Assembly: GCA_964035545.1 (NCBI GenBank)
Contig: OZ037769.1
Location: 1,798,001 to 1,862,000, forward strand
Direction of reading: 5' to 3'
DNA from: Bugula neritina
Lineage: Eukaryota > Animalia > Bryozoa
Length of the DNA: 64,000 bases
Shown: one piece after another, positions 12,321-26,400 of the stretch
Position numbering within the stretch: position 1 is the stretch's first letter
Layout of the letters: each line of letters opens with the position of its first letter
Notes under the pieces: model-generated
The model's database searches: none
The model's input: the letters and a program-made list of their open reading frames with translations, nothing else
What the model was told of the DNA's origin: nothing
Position numbers and translations under genes: made by a program

Positions 12321-14727
12321 TAATATTAAAAGAAATTTAGTTTAAAACTGCAGCTTAGAAGTTAAACTCATGCTGTAAGCGCATAAGTTTAAATGTCAGT
12401 ATACACTGCCAGTATGTTAAGCACAATCACTAAGTCTAATCTTGGTAACGACACTAAATAGTAAATGAAAATAGCTGCCATAGTTAGACTAAGGATCACG
12501 ATTGTGCAAGAATAGGCTTGCTGTATATTATTATCTTAATACCTAAAATTGAAGTGGAATGTTTATATTAACTTTTGACTTTAAGTAATGAGGTTATTCT
12601 TAATGACAATAGTTAGAGTACTCATGATACTGATAATCATAATAGCTTGCTTTAGAAGAACGTGTACTCAGTACTCAGTAGTTATTACAGTTGCATTATT
12701 AGTATTAGTATAAGAATCTTCTTGTCATAAGTGATACCTAGTCTTAATTTCATTGATTTTGCAGATATATGATATTATTGATAAAATACAATAATATTTA
12801 TACTATAATAAGCATTGTTTTCTTTTTACTACTATTATTTAATGAGTTGGTTTAATGTCAGTGCAAATATTTGGCTGTTGGTAATGTTGGCTGGTATAAT
12901 CATTCACTTAGTTAAAAGAAGTGGAAAAAAACTTAGAGTTATATTTCAATGTAGTCATTTGAATTGTGATAACTGCTTTTTCCTTTACTCATTCTGGTTC
13001 AGATTAGTTGAGGATTTAATTCAATCAAAGTTTTAAAGTCAGTTACTGTTGGAGTTACTGTTGGACTTCCTATCACCATAAATTTACATGTTGATGCTGA
13101 GTGTTTAATATATTTGTTTGAATGAAAAGTATTTGGCTATTTGCCCAAGGCTTGTTTATTTTTGTGTTTTGGATTTCCCAGATGCCTTTTTAAGTTGGTA
13201 TTACTCCTAGAATGAATTTATATTCATTATGAAATTAAAGTTGACATAAAAATAAACTATTTAGTTTTACAGTTGTTAGTTTTACAAGTGAAATCTATGA
13301 TTTGCAGAAACCAGGACTATCAAACTTTTTATAAATATTCGCTCAGCTTAAAAATCGGTAGTAATAAAAGTAAAAGATATAAGCAATCACCATGGAAAAC
13401 TTTACTTTTATTGTTGTTTAATTGGTTATAAGATAAAAATGTGTTAAAATTTAGAATATTAAATTCTCTATAAATAGTTTAGCTTTAACTGTGCAAAATT
13501 GAAGCTATATTGCCTGTCAAGCCAACTTCTATTATTTCTGCAAAATGCTTATAAATAAACCTGAAAAAACAACTTCCTATAATAACACAAGTATTGATTA
13601 TCCAGTCAATGCACTACTTGCACCAGAGCTTGCTATACTTTTGCGCGAAGAGCAAACAATAGTTTAGCTCTTTTTATTGTAACATCAAATAAGGCACATT
13701 GTTGAGCTGCAGTGTCAATCAGGTATATACATGATTTCAGTGACAGTACAAAACAAGTGTTAGCTCGTTCTTCTTTCAGTGCATCAGCATAACCTAGACT
13801 TTCGTCTGCATGTAGAGTAATAAGACAATGCAACTGTGACAAAGGTAACGTCATCTTCAAATGTAAATAAGGAATGACTACATTAAAACAATTAAATTAT
13901 CATTCAATACTTGCTTGTAAATGCAAAGCAATTGTTTCTAAACTGTAATTCTATTCTAAAATTATAGTTTGAAGTTAATTAAATTATCAAAAATGATTTT
14001 TTAATTAATTGGTGAACTAGTTTTATTAATAAGAGTACGAAATCTTGGGAATTGTTAGACCATAGTCTATTCTAGTCTCTCTACAACTTAAGTACCACCA
14101 TATAGTTAGTTAATAATTTATAGTTATGGGTTGAAATGGTTATGTAATCAATCGTGCAGTGATAGAGTAGTTGAGAATAAATTACATATCATAATAGGAA
14201 ATGCATCTAGTTCTATTGGGAAAGTATCTACTCATGAGGGGATTATTAACCTGGGTATACAGTCTGTCTCACCTAGTTACACTTACAATAAAAGTGGCAT
14301 TCCTTATGGCCAATGAATGAAGACCAATGAGCTGTTTGAATCAGTTTATCTTCATATCTTTAGCTATTCATAGCTGAATGCACATGGTTGCTTGACTTTT
14401 GTGTAGTTGTGAAGGTTTGTACCTACACCTTATTCAGGTTACTTATTTATATAGATACCTGCTACTGTATACTGTAACCTAAAGTATTCATAAGTATAGG
14501 TATTGCGCTGTGTTTACTGCCCTAGATATTAACTATGTATTACTAATGTTGCTGACATTCTGTAATAACTGTAAAGGTTATAGTCATAACTAGCATATTT
14601 TATTAGAATTTGTATTTAGTCGTAAGAAACCATAACTAGCAGGTTTGTTCCTCAATAACTTCATTTCTTTTGCAGTTCTTTGAACAATTTTAAAATTATA
14701 ATTATGACAAGTTTATGTGTGTAGCCC

Positions 14728-14822
14728 GTTTGAGCATGTGACTTGTTAGAAAATGTGACCATTTTGAGCATGTGACCATTTTTAGCGTGTGACTAGTTTG
14801 AGCATGTGACCATTTTGAGTGA
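14728..14822. repeat. Short degenerate tandem repeat (tttgagcatgtgacca)
   Basis: About 5 imperfect copies visible. Confidence 0.7.
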
Positions 14823-17446
14823 ACCAATAGAAACTGCTTTTACTTACAGCCAAGCTCAAAGAAGCATCGTTTACTTGCTTGTCATTCCTTTTTCAATGTC
14901 TATTTTATAATTTATTCAGCAAGTAATAAGAAGACAACATGTTGTGTACTCTGCTACCATAGTGTTAGGGTTGAGTTTGTTTGCTGTACAGTGTGCTGTT
15001 ACCATTTTATGTACATATTCTCTCATTCATACTTGCTTACTTATTCATTCACTCTCTTGTGCTGTAAGTGCATCTTTTTATCTGTGATCTTATGCGCTTC
15101 TGTTGTTATCTCATCTTTGTTACAATTTCTCTGTAAGTTACTTGGACCCAGTGATTCACATACTAGCACCTGCTTTAAGTGAGTGAGAGGGGGGATGCGG
15201 CTTTAGGAACTAAATATAAGACCTTCTTTCCAGTGAAATCCCCTATTTTTCTAGTGGTGCAATTACCAAGAAATTTGAATAGTTTGAGTTTTTCCTTTGT
15301 TACCAACTTTTATTTGGGGGTGTGATGTTTGAAATTCATGAAGGATAACTTCCTTTGTCTGTATTTTTACCAAGAGCACAAAGTTTTTTAATTTCTTTAC
15401 TACTACACCAATATGGCTATTTAAGGCTTCCACCATTATTTTATATTATTTCTATCTGTATACTCAATGAGTCAAGTCAAAGTCCTACCAAACATTCCCT
15501 ATTATCTCTCTCATGTCTTGTGTGAGCACACAATGGTTAATTGGCATGAAAAATCTGAGATAACAATAGTGAAGTCCCCCAGTCAATCCCTTTGAATACT
15601 ATTACTAATAAAGTATATTTACATTGTCACATTGTTAGCAAATAGCAAGCCTTTTAGAGATAATCATTAGGTTTACTGACTTCCAAAGTATGTCTTTCTG
15701 ACTAATAGTAAAAATGTTTGCACAATTTTTATTTGTTCTGGGGGAGGGAGAGAAGAAAAAGAGGGAAGGAGAGGGTGTGGGGAAAACCTTAGCCTGTGGA
15801 CTAAGTAATAGGTTTTATGCCACTCTACCTATTGCATGCATGGAAACATAGGCTTTCTAATATATTTGTTCTTTTAAAACTAAATTAGTAGATTTTATGA
15901 AGAATATAATTATTTAAATGGTATATGTTAGCAAGTAATGCACATATTTTGTTTGCAGTACTTCTTATATTTTATATCTTTCAACTATTTATTCTCCATG
16001 TAATTTCAAGAATTGTCTAACCAATTTATACAATAAGTATTGTACATAAATATATAGCCTAACCTAATAAGTTATAATATAATATGGTAAGCTGAATATT
16101 GGAAAGTTTTTCTAGTTTAACAGCACAATTAACTTATAACTTTCAAAGTTGAGTACATGTTTCTATGTTTTCAAGTTCTATATTTAGTCCACTGTGTTGT
16201 TAAAAATTAGACCACAATATTGATAGCTATTTATTGAACCATTTTCAATGAATCAATCGATTGCACGCCTTGTCAACTGCCAAACTAACAAAGCTATAGA
16301 AGAGATTACTTCTAATTCCTATGAAACCAGTTCTGTTTCCATGGCTGACAGTGTCAACTTTTAAATATGTCTGCCAAGCTTTGAAATAGAGAGTAGATAC
16401 TTGACTCACTGTGAATCAATGGCTACACTTCATTATTTCTAACAAACAAGACATGAAAGTATTGCTATTGTCCACTGCTAGCTGGCAGATAGTTTTGTTT
16501 TTAATTTTAAATCTTTTGGGTTCACCGATGTTTATTTTATAAATAGGAAATAATCATTGTGCGATCAGTAATGGTAATATTTTGCTTCGAAAGTTCTGTT
16601 TTTGGTTTAAAAGGACTAAACACGATTTGCTCTCTTACTCTCAACATTGAAACTTAAAAAACTCTAAGTTAGGCTATATAAGGTTTTAACAATTTCACGA
16701 AGAGTCCAAGTTTAACATTTTTTGCAGTTTTTAATGGCATCATGACTAACAAAGAAACATAAAATCAATATAAAAAATAAAGCAACCGAAAGTGCATGTA
16801 AAGACTTCCTATGCCTTCTTGTTGATATATGCAAAAGGTTCACATGCTTTTTAACCTAGTTTCCATCTCACTGAACTAATAATAAGACCATTACAGATGC
16901 ATATCTCTGTAACAAATGCGAGCCACTTGTCTTGTTTACAACTTACTTGTCAAGCAAGTTACTCTCAGGAGTTTTGTATTTCACATTCTTGGGCTCAGGT
17001 CATACTTGATAGAATTATATAACAAACTAAGTTATGTAAACAGCGTTAGCAAGGGTACTGACTGTCTACAGTTACTCATAAAGAAAGCATAACAATGACA
17101 CTTGTTAACAGGTGTTTTTATTATGGCAGCCAAGCATACAAAACTTTAGCTACCTTTTCATTGCAAGTCTTATTGAAAGTTCAACTTCATGAATTATGAA
17201 CGTGTATGCATGCTATGCCAACCTGTTTTGCATGGCTTGTTTTGCAGGTACTTGCTTTGCAGGTACTTGTTGGGCAGGTGCTTGTTATACAGGCCACAGT
17301 ATTTAAGACCACTGTGGAAAAATGACACTTGTTACAGGTAGTTGAGTAGTTGTCACCAACATTTCTGGTTCCACAAGTCACACTAGTTCTGCCCTCCATC
17401 ACTTCATGCTGTCAGAATTGTCTTCTATAGTCATTGTTGCAGGAAA

Positions 17447-20400
17447 ATGTCCTACCATGGAACTTCAACTAGACGGCAGATGAATGGGCAGGAGGAGGTG
17501 TTTAGTGTAGGCTCCCCCTCTCTATTTAATGGCTCCTTAGGATCTCGGACTAATAATTCTGTTCAAGCTGAGTTTGAGATGGAGTTGACATACATAACAG
17601 AGAGGCTCATAGGTAGCACCAGCTAATGTGTTTTATGTGTCTTGTGCATCTACAACTTTTATAAATATATTCCCTTTGATTACATAATATTATGATGCTG
17701 AATCAGTGGTGGAGTTAGGAGGATTGTGAATATACTGAACCAGTGGTGGAGTAAAGGGGGTTGTGAATATACTGAACCAGTGGTGGAGTTGGGAGGGGAT
17801 GGGTTGTAAGCTAGTAGTCACATGATGCAGCAGTTCCACACAGCTCAACAGTTGAACTATCTGATCTCTAGGATTATATTATACTGTCTGTCGCATAATT
17901 GACAGGATTTTACTTTCTATTCACATCACTGACTCATACTGAATTTTTAAAATTGTGTCAGAGAGAAATCTTTCACCATCTCTTCCGTGGTATATTGTAC
18001 CTGATTTCTGATTGGTTGTTTAGCTCTATGCTTTCCTGACGACGGCAATGAAATAACGTATCGGCAGAATGCAAAGGAAGTATCCGATATGCTGAGAAAT
18101 AAACATGGTCCAAAATATACTGTAAGTAATGTACCTTTACTTATATACTGTAAGTTAACTTACTCTTCAGCCCTATTATTTTCAATATTATAGTGTTTTG
18201 TACAGTCTAAATGTATAAAAAAGATTAAAACTGTATAAAAAATGCTTGGCTATAGAAGACTTTATAAAGAGACGTTACGTATATCTAAGAGTTGTCATCT
18301 CTTTATATCAGCTGTTTCTTGTAACTTTAGCCTTGGTTCCTCAACTGTAGATTGTGAATTTGTCTGGGGCGTCTCGAATGCTCGACCGAAACAACACGCA
18401 AGTGAATGAGTTTGGGTTCCCCTCTCTGCACGCCCCTTCCTTAGACACATTATGTAACATCTGCAAGGTGGTTGACACGTGGTTACATAACTCTAAGGAT
18501 ACCGTAGTTGTGTTCCACTGCAAAGGTAGTATCGACAGACTAGCCTGTGTTCTAGCAGCTTACATCAACTACAGCTCTATATATGATGGGTGAGTCTGCT
18601 ACTCTAGTAACTCAGTCTGTAAAGTCAGTCCATAATTTGAACAAAATTGTACTTATATTTAAGGTAGAAGGAAATTAAATGTTTAAATTCTATTAAAACT
18701 TATATATATCTGTCATATTCCCATGTTTCTTAAAAAGTTAACCCAATCTATTTTCTTCGTATAAAAACTGTTAAAATCAGAAATCGATTGAGATTTTAGG
18801 AGTTATCACCTCGCATATATACTGTTCCCTAGTGTACAATTATATAGCGTTCTCATTGAACTAGTAAGAACACTTTTGGCTCCAGTATTAAAAACCATTT
18901 GTATAAGTGAGTGCTCTAAGTGCAGTAAAGGATAGGATGGTCTTTTCTGATTCATGTTAAATAATATGGTTGTGAATTCGTTTGCAGTTTGCACTTTGAA
19001 TACTTGAATCCCTATTTTCACCAGAGATAAACTTTCTCTTTGCAAATTCATAGCTTGCGTTTTTAGCAAAACCTTTTCTGGCTGAGTTTCACCCCCCTCC
19101 TTCCCCCTCCGAGCTTTTCTAGATCTGCTGCTAAGTTATACAAGATAACTTTATAGCCTTAGTTCTAATGGTCGGTTTGTTTGTTTCACTGCAGACAATC
19201 TGAGGCTTTGACCAGGTATGCCATGAAACAGTTCTTTGAGGAACAGCTGCTAAAATGGTTACAGCCTTCCCAAGCAAGGTAACCCATATTGTTGTAAACT
19301 TTTATTAATATATTATATTTTATGTTACATTATATTATGTTGTTGATTTGTTATCTATATTGTATTTTGTTGTTTAAATATCATATATATCTTTTATATT
19401 ATGTTTTTAATGTATCATTTACATTATGTTATGTTCTATTATTACTGTATTATATACACACATATAGATATTATACATGTATAATGTTTATAAGTGTATA
19501 GCTAGCACACATAGGAAAGTTTTGCGAGCTTTTAGATTATGCTTGGAAGCCGTCTCGTTTTTGTTTACATTAATTTTTTTGCAACTCCGAACTCTTTTCT
19601 CTAAATGCTGCAATCCGCTGCTTTTTGATTGGAGTTACTTTAATATAAAACCTCAGAATGTTGAAGAGTTATAACTATTCTTTGTTTTTGTAAGTAATTG
19701 CGATAATATATTACTTTTAACAAACAACAATCAATTCTTACAGAGTGCTAATTATGGAAATTTACCTAAATAGCTTCTTGTAATTGTATAAACACATTTA
19801 ATTGGTTAGTATTTTCACAACTGACATTAATTCTACATGTTAACTTGTATAAGCTACACTATTTTTAGCATGTAATAAGTTATAATATTGTCCTATTTTT
19901 AGAATAAGCAAGTAATAAAAAACGTACTATTTATAGTATAATATATAATAAAGTATAATATTTTGCTCTTCATAGTATAATCTATAATAATACACAATGT
20001 ACTATTTATAGTATAATCTATAAGATATAATATTGTACTCTTTACAATATTATCTTCTCACATCTAACACTAAACTGTGTTGTAGATACATACAATACTT
20101 CGCTCAGTTGCTGACAGGAAGTCTGGCTATAAGTGCTGACCCCGTGTATTTACAGCACATAATGGTTCACGGGACACTGAATACCGCAGGCAGTGGTACT
20201 ACACAGGTCTTTGCTAAAGTATACGCCAACATGAAACCTGTATACACATCTCACGTGCTGTAAGTATGAAACCTGTATACACATCTCACGTGCTGTAAGT
20301 ATGAAACCTGTATACACATCTCACGTGCTGTAAGTCTACTCAGTGTCTGATGAGATGTATTTAAGATGGCTAAAATTCTGAATTTATTGAAAATGCGCCC

Positions 20401-23400
20401 GTTTACTTATCAATACATATTTATAAACTGATTAGCCAATCAAAGTACACTGATAAACGCCTGTCTTAGAGATTACAAAATGTACTGTGTTTAGCATACC
20501 TCGCGACTTTGATAATGGTGCCAAAGTGAATGTCCCAGTTTTAACATTCCTTTTAAAGTGTACTGGACTAATATTATATTGTAGTATACTAGAAGTACTA
20601 GGTAGGTGTAATTTCTGGGAGTTGTCTTTTCAGATATTCTATCGCGTGTAATTTGACTACAAAAATATGCATGGCAACTCTGTACTTTTGTGCTCATCAG
20701 CATTTTCTTTCGATTATAAACAGTTGAAATTCAATTTGGTATACAAACTCTCAATGCCCACAGTTTCATAGTAATGTTTTAAACCAAAGGGGGGGGGGGG
20801 GTTGGGAGGCTTTATATTTATCTCCGTCACTGCTTCAGGAAAGAGTTGCTATATATAGTATATTTATAAGTTGGAGTGCTTCGAAATCCAGTGAAAGTTT
20901 CTCCTCATGTTTATTGCTATATTAGTGTAATAAAACTTCCTTCTCATCATAACCAGAATAACTCTCGTGAGTCACCAGTGAATGAATATCTCTGAAGGAA
21001 AGCCTGTTTCTGTTGCTGAATCAGTCAGTATAATTGCTGCTATCCAATTACTCTGTCATGAAACCAGACTTGTGCAGGAACTGTAGTATGTAGGTGATTA
21101 GTTGCTACAAGGTTATCACTCTAATAGTCCCATGCAGTGTAAATACCTGCTTTGTGTATACAGTAACCATGGAAACTTGGAGTAAACTGTTTTCATCACC
21201 TTGGCAACTACGATGCATTCAGTGAAACTTGTTGCTCAGAGTAAATAGAGTTGGATACTCATCATGCTGTGTGTTTTTATAAATCACGCAAGGGTCGGTT
21301 ACAGGAAATGCTTTGTATAGCTGTGTGGGTTTCCCTTCACCAACTCACATGAAACATTGTTTAAACGTGTTTCAGAAATTTATTTAAAATTTGCAATTAT
21401 TGCTCTGCACTCTTTGTAAGATTGGCATTCTTGTAGAAGTTATGGCCAAAGGATTGTATTTTAATTAAAAATGACATAATATAAAATTAAATATTGCACA
21501 ATTGCCTGAGATTTTTTTCATCATTCAACAACTGGTATTCATTTTAAATACTCCATTCTGTTTATTTTGTTATCTTTTGTTTATTTATTTATTTCATCAA
21601 TAATTATAATGAGAGAAAGTGGATAGTATAGGGTACCACCTAAAACAATTGGCGTTTATTCATATAAAATATTCCATTCTAGGCTTTCTATTTCAGTATT
21701 TTACCCATGTGAAGCTATATTGACGAATATATAGTACTATATCCGCCTATAATACAATATAATATTATAATATGATACTATATTGTAATTACTGAATATA
21801 TTTCCCTGCAGGAGAGTATCGTACGGCCAGCCCAGACTCTGCATATCACTGAACAAGGCTCTTGAGCTCTCCGGTGACATTATGGTGAAACTCTTCACTA
21901 AACAGTCCTCAGGTTCAAGACAGGCAATCTGTAGAGCTCAAGTAAACTCGTCTGCACTGCAGCGGGAGTCGATCACGTTGACTAAGTCGGAGCTGGACGT
22001 GGCCTGTTCAGGTTGGTTCCCCTTTCTCGCATCTGATTGGTCACTTTATCTCGCATATGATTGGTCACTTTATCTCGCCTTTCATTGGTCACTTTATCTC
22101 GCCTTTCATTGGTCACCTCATGTATGATTCTTTCAGCTTCCAATACTTTTTCCTCGATTCTAAATTTGTAAACACAACTTCAGTTAAATTCTGATTTATT
22201 GTGACTTGTTTCTAACGACTCTTTTATGTCAACTGATGAAGTTTATTTTATGGAACTCTGTGCCTTTGTTCTTAAACAAAATAAATCTTAAAATTTATCT
22301 GAACAGTTCATATCCTATTTTTTGTATTGGAAATTTTAGTCAAAGATTGTCAAGTTGACAATCTTTTCACGATTATCACAATTTTAAAGACGTTAAAACT
22401 GCTAGTAGCTTTGTGTAGAGTCTAGACTATGACATACTTACACACTTACTACACATATTATGACCGGACATTCTATAGCTTACTTTAAGTACCTTCTCAA
22501 TGTATTTCAGTGTTTTAATATAAACATTAGAAGATAGCAAATTATTTGAGCGAATTTCTACTGACACTGCTAGGCTATGCTTCACTATGACACAGTATAT
22601 TGTATACAAGGCATTCTGATTGCTCACTATTACATACTATGCTATACAATACTGAATACCTTAATAATTTAATTTATCAGAATTTCCACCCACTCATCAG
22701 TTTGATGGAGTAATGTAATAGTTAGTGTGAGATTCTTACTACTCAGGGCTGTAGCTCTGGTACCACCCAAACCAGTGCTCAGTTTACTGTCAGGAAATAG
22801 GTCTAAATTACTAAATATCGTTCTTGGTATAAACAATGACTTGTTTTTCATTTTGTGTCTTTTGTATACTAAAGTTTAAGTCTCCCTCTCCCTCCCTCCT
22901 TCCTTCCCTCCCTCCCTCCCTCCTTCCCTCCCCCTCCTTCCCTCCCTCCCTCCCCCCTCTCCCTCCCCTCCCTCCCTCCCTCCCTCTCTCCCTCCCTCCC
23001 TCCCTCCCTCCTTCCCTCCCTCCCCCCTCCCTCTCTCCCTCCCTCCCCCTCCCCTCCCTCCCTCCCCCTCCCCTCCCTCCCTCCCCCTCCCCTCCCTCCC
23101 TCCCCCTCCCTCCCTCCCTCCCTCCTTCCCTCCCTCTTCCCTCCTTTCCTCTCCATGTGATGTTCTACCAATGCTTTCTACATCCAAGCCCCTATTATCT
23201 TGTATGAAGTCTGGGTATACATAGGTTGTGTTGGCTATGAAATATGAGAGTTTGTTTATGTTTGTTAGCTTTCAGTGTTTGTTTAGAGTTTGTGTGTGGC
23301 TGTTGATTAGAAGGAAGATGTAAACATGTGATATGAATTGTGTAGATGATGCGTAGCAGATGTCCCCCATGTGTTCTCATATCACTATATTCTCTCTCAT

Positions 23401-26400
23401 AGCACTATATTCTCTCTCATAGCACTATATTCTCTCTCATAGCACTATATTCTGCCCCTCATATCTTTCTTCTCACACCCCTGTATATAGTCTGTAGCAC
23501 ATTGTTGCTGCTGCTGCTGTTAGGAGGGTAGAAAAGGGCTTATATCTATAACTTGTAAGGTTTCTTCACGTATGTAGATTTTATTGCAAGGTTAGATAAT
23601 TTAGGATAACTTCATCTGAAAAATTGTTTATATTTTGCTTGTAGAATTTTTTTATTGCTCAGCTAAAACTTGCATTGATGATAAATTGAAACAAAATTCA
23701 AGCTAAATTCTGCAACTATTTACTACATCATATTGCGAAGTTATCTCCCCGATGCTGGTGTTTACTACTCTCTCTATTCACTGCAGCTCCAGTAGTTTCT
23801 GTTGTATTGTTATGAAAGCAGTGCTGTTGAAGGTAATAGTGAAGTGCCCAGTTCATTGTTCTATAAATATTGTACTTATTATCATCATTAGGGTAAATCA
23901 ATACAGGTGAATAAAGAACAGATATCTACCTGGAAGGTTTTATTGTCTCTCCTCTCTATTGTTCTTTATTTGTGCCCTGTTTACTTACCCAGGTAAAACT
24001 CTAGCCCACATTCATCTCACAGGTATGGGACGTAGTTTAGCACATCCAACAAATCCTCTACAACAGCCAAAATAGCCTATATCTCACAAGCTAGTTCTTA
24101 TACTAGTCCCTGATTTGTAACATTCAGTTAGTTTGCAAAGCTGGATTAATTATAATTCAATCATTTGAAATATACTTGGAAAGTTAGCTACGTTGATGAA
24201 GGTGTGCTAACTAAAGTACTGTAGAGTCAGCATTGAGTTGGTAGGCCACCAGTAAGTAGTACTGTTATTGTTTTCTTTACATTAACACCAGTAAGCACCA
24301 GTAAGCACAGTGGTTAATTTGTTATATGATACTCCATTCACTGGCATTTCTTTGAATTCACTTCTAGTTGTAATTGTTAAGAGGGCCTTAGATGTTGGCA
24401 ATTGTATATCTGCATTGTGATTGGCTGAACAGAGTTAGTGATGGATTTGATTGGTTGAATTAATAATGTAGCTGTGTGATTGGCTAGATCTGTTGAATGT
24501 TTTCTCTCTAAGGTCTTGTAAGGTTTTGCCTGCCTCCAATAGTTGCTGGTGATAGTGTTAGCAAGTCTGCAGGTATTTGTATTGTTATCTTTACATAATA
24601 ATTATAGTTAATAGAACATTCTAGAGTTTATCATTTATATAATCTTTAACTCAAGTTATTGCTTCTTTGATGAAGGCATGATTTATAGCATGCTGTTGCT
24701 AAACATAGCCTGTGCTTTAGTATCTGAGCATTATAGTGCAGCAGTTATTGTGATTTTATTATTTATTTTAGTAATTGTTATTACAAGTAGCTATTAGTAG
24801 TATACAGGCAATAAAGGTGCTTTAGTACTTCTGTTATATAGTTATAGTTATAATACTAACAGTAGTTAAACATAACTACTCATGCCAGTATACTAATACT
24901 ACTCTCATTTGAAACTACTAGTTGAAAACATAGAATATTACTAGAAGCAGCATCAATTTTGGGGTGACTGAGTACAGTATTTATATACACATCATTATCT
25001 AATCTACAAACCTCCTACGAACTCTGTGCTGCTCCAACCCATTTTCCAGTAAAATAAAAAAATTTCAGCATTAAGTTTTCTTGCGTGATAGTCGTACAAG
25101 TGGAGCAAATGTAACACACAAATGGAACAAGCGTAACCCCTTAAGACATACTTGAAATACAGGAGTGTATAGAGTCAAGTGCCCTGGGTACACAGGGATT
25201 ATAATACTGAGAGGGGAGCAGGGAGTCACTACCTTTGAACAAACAGCTTACTACAAACCAGACCTTCATCTCCCCTTTTATCATGAAACTCAATCTATAA
25301 TATTTGTTTCGCTGTTGACTTTGTAAACGAGGCTTTTGAGTGAAGGCAATTGTGTTGTGTATACATTACTACATGCTTTAGTTACACTTAATACTTTCAC
25401 TATAGTCTCTACTCCTAATACCAACTTCTTCTACCTTTACAATGTTGCTGCCACTGTAGCCAGATATTGCTGCCACTAGTTAGATGTGGCTGTTATTTCT
25501 GATTTGCTGCACTTATAGTTTTGGTCTTGCATTTCGTTTCTACTGCCTTTGTGGGGACAACCCTATATTTTCCACAACACATAATATTAGAGTACCATAA
25601 TACATTATATTGCAATGTGTACTGTAGTCTGTGATATAGTGTGTACTGTAGCACATACTGTAGTGTGTACTACAGTACACACTACAGCACACATAGTTAC
25701 ATAACTGTGTACAGCTTTCTAATATTCTCTTGTATGTGGGGGGGGGGGGCTCTGTTTTCCATTACTTGATTTGAATTCAATCTGATTATGATGAGGACTT
25801 GGGTCATTGCACTCCCCCTGTGGTCACTGCTCTCCCCTGTGGTCACTGCTCTCTATTTTCTGCAGTTCTTACTATGGCCTGAATAACCTTTTCTCTAGTC
25901 CTGGGTTATACTCTTTGGGACTTGCCTTATGACACGGAGTTATTCTGCTCCCCTCTCTTACAACTCTTCCACTCCTAGCTCTTACTGCCTCCCCCTCTCT
26001 TACAACTCTTCCACTCCTAGCTCCTGTCTCCCCTCTCTTACAACTCTTCCACTCCTAGCTCCTACTGTCTCCCCCTCTCTTACAACTCTTCCACTCCTAG
26101 TTCCTGCTGCCACTAAATGGTTTCTTGAAAGCCTGCAAAGGGAAGGGGGGTATAACTACCACTGTATTTCAAACAATAGAGTAGTTTAGCATTGTTCCTC
26201 ACCAGTTTAGAAATAGTTTTTGTCCATTTACAAACTGTGGCTAAAGTTTCATTGCAGATTTCCAAGACTTATGGCTTGAAACTTCAGAAACATGGTACCA
26301 ATTAATTATCAGATAATTTTTCTAGTTTTAATTTATAATTCATTATTGAGTTATCCAGAGAAATTAATTGTTTTACTAGAAAGAAATATATCAATATTGG

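Noticed and set aside
22836-23207. Pro-rich and Gly/Glu/Arg-rich ORFs
   Set aside because: They are translations of the (CCCT)n tract.
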